Origin: an uncultured Mycoplasmatota bacterium
Lineage (GTDB): Bacteria > Bacillota_I > Bacilli_A > RF39 > UBA660
Direction: 5' to 3'
DNA: 28,551 nucleotides
Assembly: GCA_946499755.1 (NCBI GenBank)
Contig: CAMMTE010000001.1
Location: forward strand, 1 to 28,551
The position numbers were made by a program, and so were the translations under genes. Below the pieces are notes generated by a model. It made no database searches. It was not told the origin of the DNA and was given only the letters and a program-made list of their open reading frames with translations. Positions 27,701 to 28,551 of the stretch are shown here, piece by piece. The first letter of the stretch is position 1. Every line of letters begins with the position of its first letter.

Positions 27701-27880
27701 GGCAGCTTTATTAGTAAATGTTAAGATTAAAAGTTCGTTAATATGGGTACCTTCTTTTATTTTTCTTAAGACTCTTTCGGTTAAAACAGCAGTTTTACCA
27801 CTCCCTGCTCCGGCACTAACTAAAATGTTAGAACCTTCTAAATCTATCGCTTTTTGTTGATCTTCAGTAAACTTAGGCAT
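24785..27880 (-). CDS. addA: ATP-dependent helicase/nuclease subunit A (AddA/RexA-like UvrD family)
   Basis: SAGAGSGKT, LTFTNKAA, LIDEYQD, VGDIKQSIYRFRNA, NFRS, MTIHKSKGLE, YVALTRA and the C-terminal GKIDLL..IIDYK nuclease motif. Start ATG 27880 overlaps the addB stop. Confidence 0.92.
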   Translation of the reverse strand: MPKFTEDQQKAIDLEGSNILVSAGAGSGKTAVLTERVLRKIKEGTHINELLILTFTNKAALEMKERVRKKLKENEILDELDLLDSSYITTFDAYSLALVKKYADTIHLSSNITIAESSVLELAKKEILDEIFSDYYDRCPNDFLNLITKFCLKDDKTLKKRILELDSSLDLKLDKEEFINTYISKYYSDEVIDKYINEYLELLKTKKNEIINLYEEVRALTSSKYLEQLEEAFLPFINASTYEELRRTIFTSLPRARTGVDSDSKETRDNLTALLKEFKDLVIYESVDDIKVSIIKTKEYISCILELVKELDKRFTLYKRQNNYYTFMDIEKLAISLVRDNLEIREEVKNGFKEILIDEYQDTNDIQETFISYISKDNVYMVGDIKQSIYRFRNANPSIFKDKYDNYKKGIGGRVIDLAKNFRSRREVLEDINLFFSHIMDDYLGEADYNNGHAMVFGNMTYETSAKTTNNNYLEIYTYDAKDKEFSKLEKEAFIIANDIKEKVNSKYLVYDKDEDTLREIEYWDFVILLDRATDFTTYKQVFEYLGLPITLYEDEKTSGSTDLYLLKNFFIIAKSIIANTYDTKFSLAFTSIARSFLFSYTDDEIYQCLVNNTYKETSVFKLFKEILENIDLLTPVTYLENVLDKLNYLDKLTLIGNVEINSSRMEYFYNLITNLENSNFTILDVCDYLEKINNLKLEIKLAISKEDSNSVKIMTIHKSKGLEYPICYFAGFYKDFNKDEYKSNVLFDEDYGIIIDEVDTNNKLITKTLSLEKLKQKDISEKIRLLYVALTRAREKMIIVMSNIENDKEIGSVVSTYDRLNYTNFAKMVISVASLFKNKTKEITDIKDISKAYLEVKKVDSKINNNIKELEIIPSIYDNSVLEKETYHKESDDIKTNNELKLLEVGRVVHTLFERIDFTNNKLPYIEDNYYKDKLTKFLNSSFMRQYKDYKKYQEYEFIYENSNKTYHGKIDLLLVGDKESIIIDYKLKNTKDKAYIDQLNGYKEVISNKLNLPTSCYLYSIIDEVFEKI

Positions 27881-28550
27881 TCTCTTCACCTTCTTTCTTA
27901 TCAAGATAAACATAGTCACTAGGACTTACAAAACATACTTCTTTAAAGGGACAAAACTCGCAAGAAATATTTTTATTATTAATTACTTTAGGAGCGATAT
28001 CAAAGAGATTATTATCTATTATGTTAAGAGATTTATCTAAAGCCTTATTAATAGAGTTCATTATATCTTCTACTTCACTATCACTTAATACTTTACTTCT
28101 ACTAGATAACTCTCCATCTTTTTTTACACTTAAACCTTTAACAAAAGAATTAGTCTCATAGTCTTCATCTAAATAGGAAAGTATTACTTTATCATCAGTA
28201 GTATAACCTACTAGTTTTAAATTCTTAAGTTGTTCTTCTTTATCTTTATAGTTTTGTAATAAGTATTGATAAAAGAAGCCAACAAAAGTAGGATTAGAAA
28301 ACAAATTACTTTTATTAATTAGATAAATATATAAAGGTAGTTGTAAATATAGTCCCTCATCTAAATAGTCTAAGTTTAGTGTGGCACTACCTGTCTTATA
28401 ATCAAACACAGCATAATAAGTTTTATCATGAAATGATTTAAAGAGTATCTTATCAATAAAACCTTTTAACGTGGCATGACTACTTAATGGTATCTCTAAT
28501 CTCTTTTCGCCATAAAACTCAGTAAGAAAACTTCTTTTTTCTACCTCTTT
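27873..28550 (-). CDS. addB: AddB/RexB-like PD-(D/E)XK nuclease subunit (C-terminal part; 5' end outside the window)
   Basis: The frame is open to the window edge: EKRLEI..KGFIDKI..VFDYKTG..LQLPLY and the C-terminal CEFCPFKEVC Fe-S motif. Coupled to addA. Confidence 0.85.
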   Translation of the reverse strand, partial: KEVEKRSFLTEFYGEKRLEIPLSSHATLKGFIDKILFKSFHDKTYYAVFDYKTGSATLNLDYLDEGLYLQLPLYIYLINKSNLFSNPTFVGFFYQYLLQNYKDKEEQLKNLKLVGYTTDDKVILSYLDEDYETNSFVKGLSVKKDGELSSRSKVLSDSEVEDIMNSINKALDKSLNIIDNNLFDIAPKVINNKNISCEFCPFKEVCFVSPSDYVYLDKKEGEENA

Positions 28551-28551
28551 A

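Noticed and set aside
1-28551. Mollicute genetic code 4 suggested by the low GC
   Set aside because: addA ends at TGA, Trp is encoded by TGG, and all genes are intact under code 11.

Overview
Very AT-rich, genetic-code-11 bacterial chromosome segment. The gene content (murG-murB-divIB, AddAB, T-box, sigma-A promoters) indicates Bacillota, plausibly an uncultured reduced-genome Bacilli lineage such as RF39; the taxon is an inference. Almost all genes are on the minus strand. In transcription order: addB (partial), addA, a conserved hypothetical gene, tRNA-Ile2(CAT), tRNA-Leu(TAG), three orphan genes (two are tandem CxH..CxxC paralogs), proC-proB-proA, CDF transporter, GNAT, CBS/DRTGG pyrophosphatase, a transglutaminase-like ORF, uppP, a YhcG/DUF1016 pseudogene, ZIP transporter, CmpB-type membrane protein, PMM/PGM, murG-murB-divIB, a convergent Rpn-family PD-(D/E)XK gene, a 626-aa surface protein, an AI-2E transporter, an Ala T-box, two P-loop kinases and alaS (partial). 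The standout is the 626-aa TasA/camelysin-like surface protein (4726-6606). It carries two 116-nt repeats (4790-4905, 5453-5568) whose GC-rich cores differ almost only at codon positions 1-2, as expected for adenine-specific mutagenesis by a diversity-generating retroelement (DGR). No template repeat or reverse transcriptase was found in the window, so it looks like a remote, doubly diversified DGR target. Other notable points: the Ala T-box overlaps the upstream ORF and may act by sequestering the Shine-Dalgarno (SD) sequence; the Rpn gene has a perfect internal SD; and a short duplication of the tRNA-Leu 3' end bounds a 1-kb islet.
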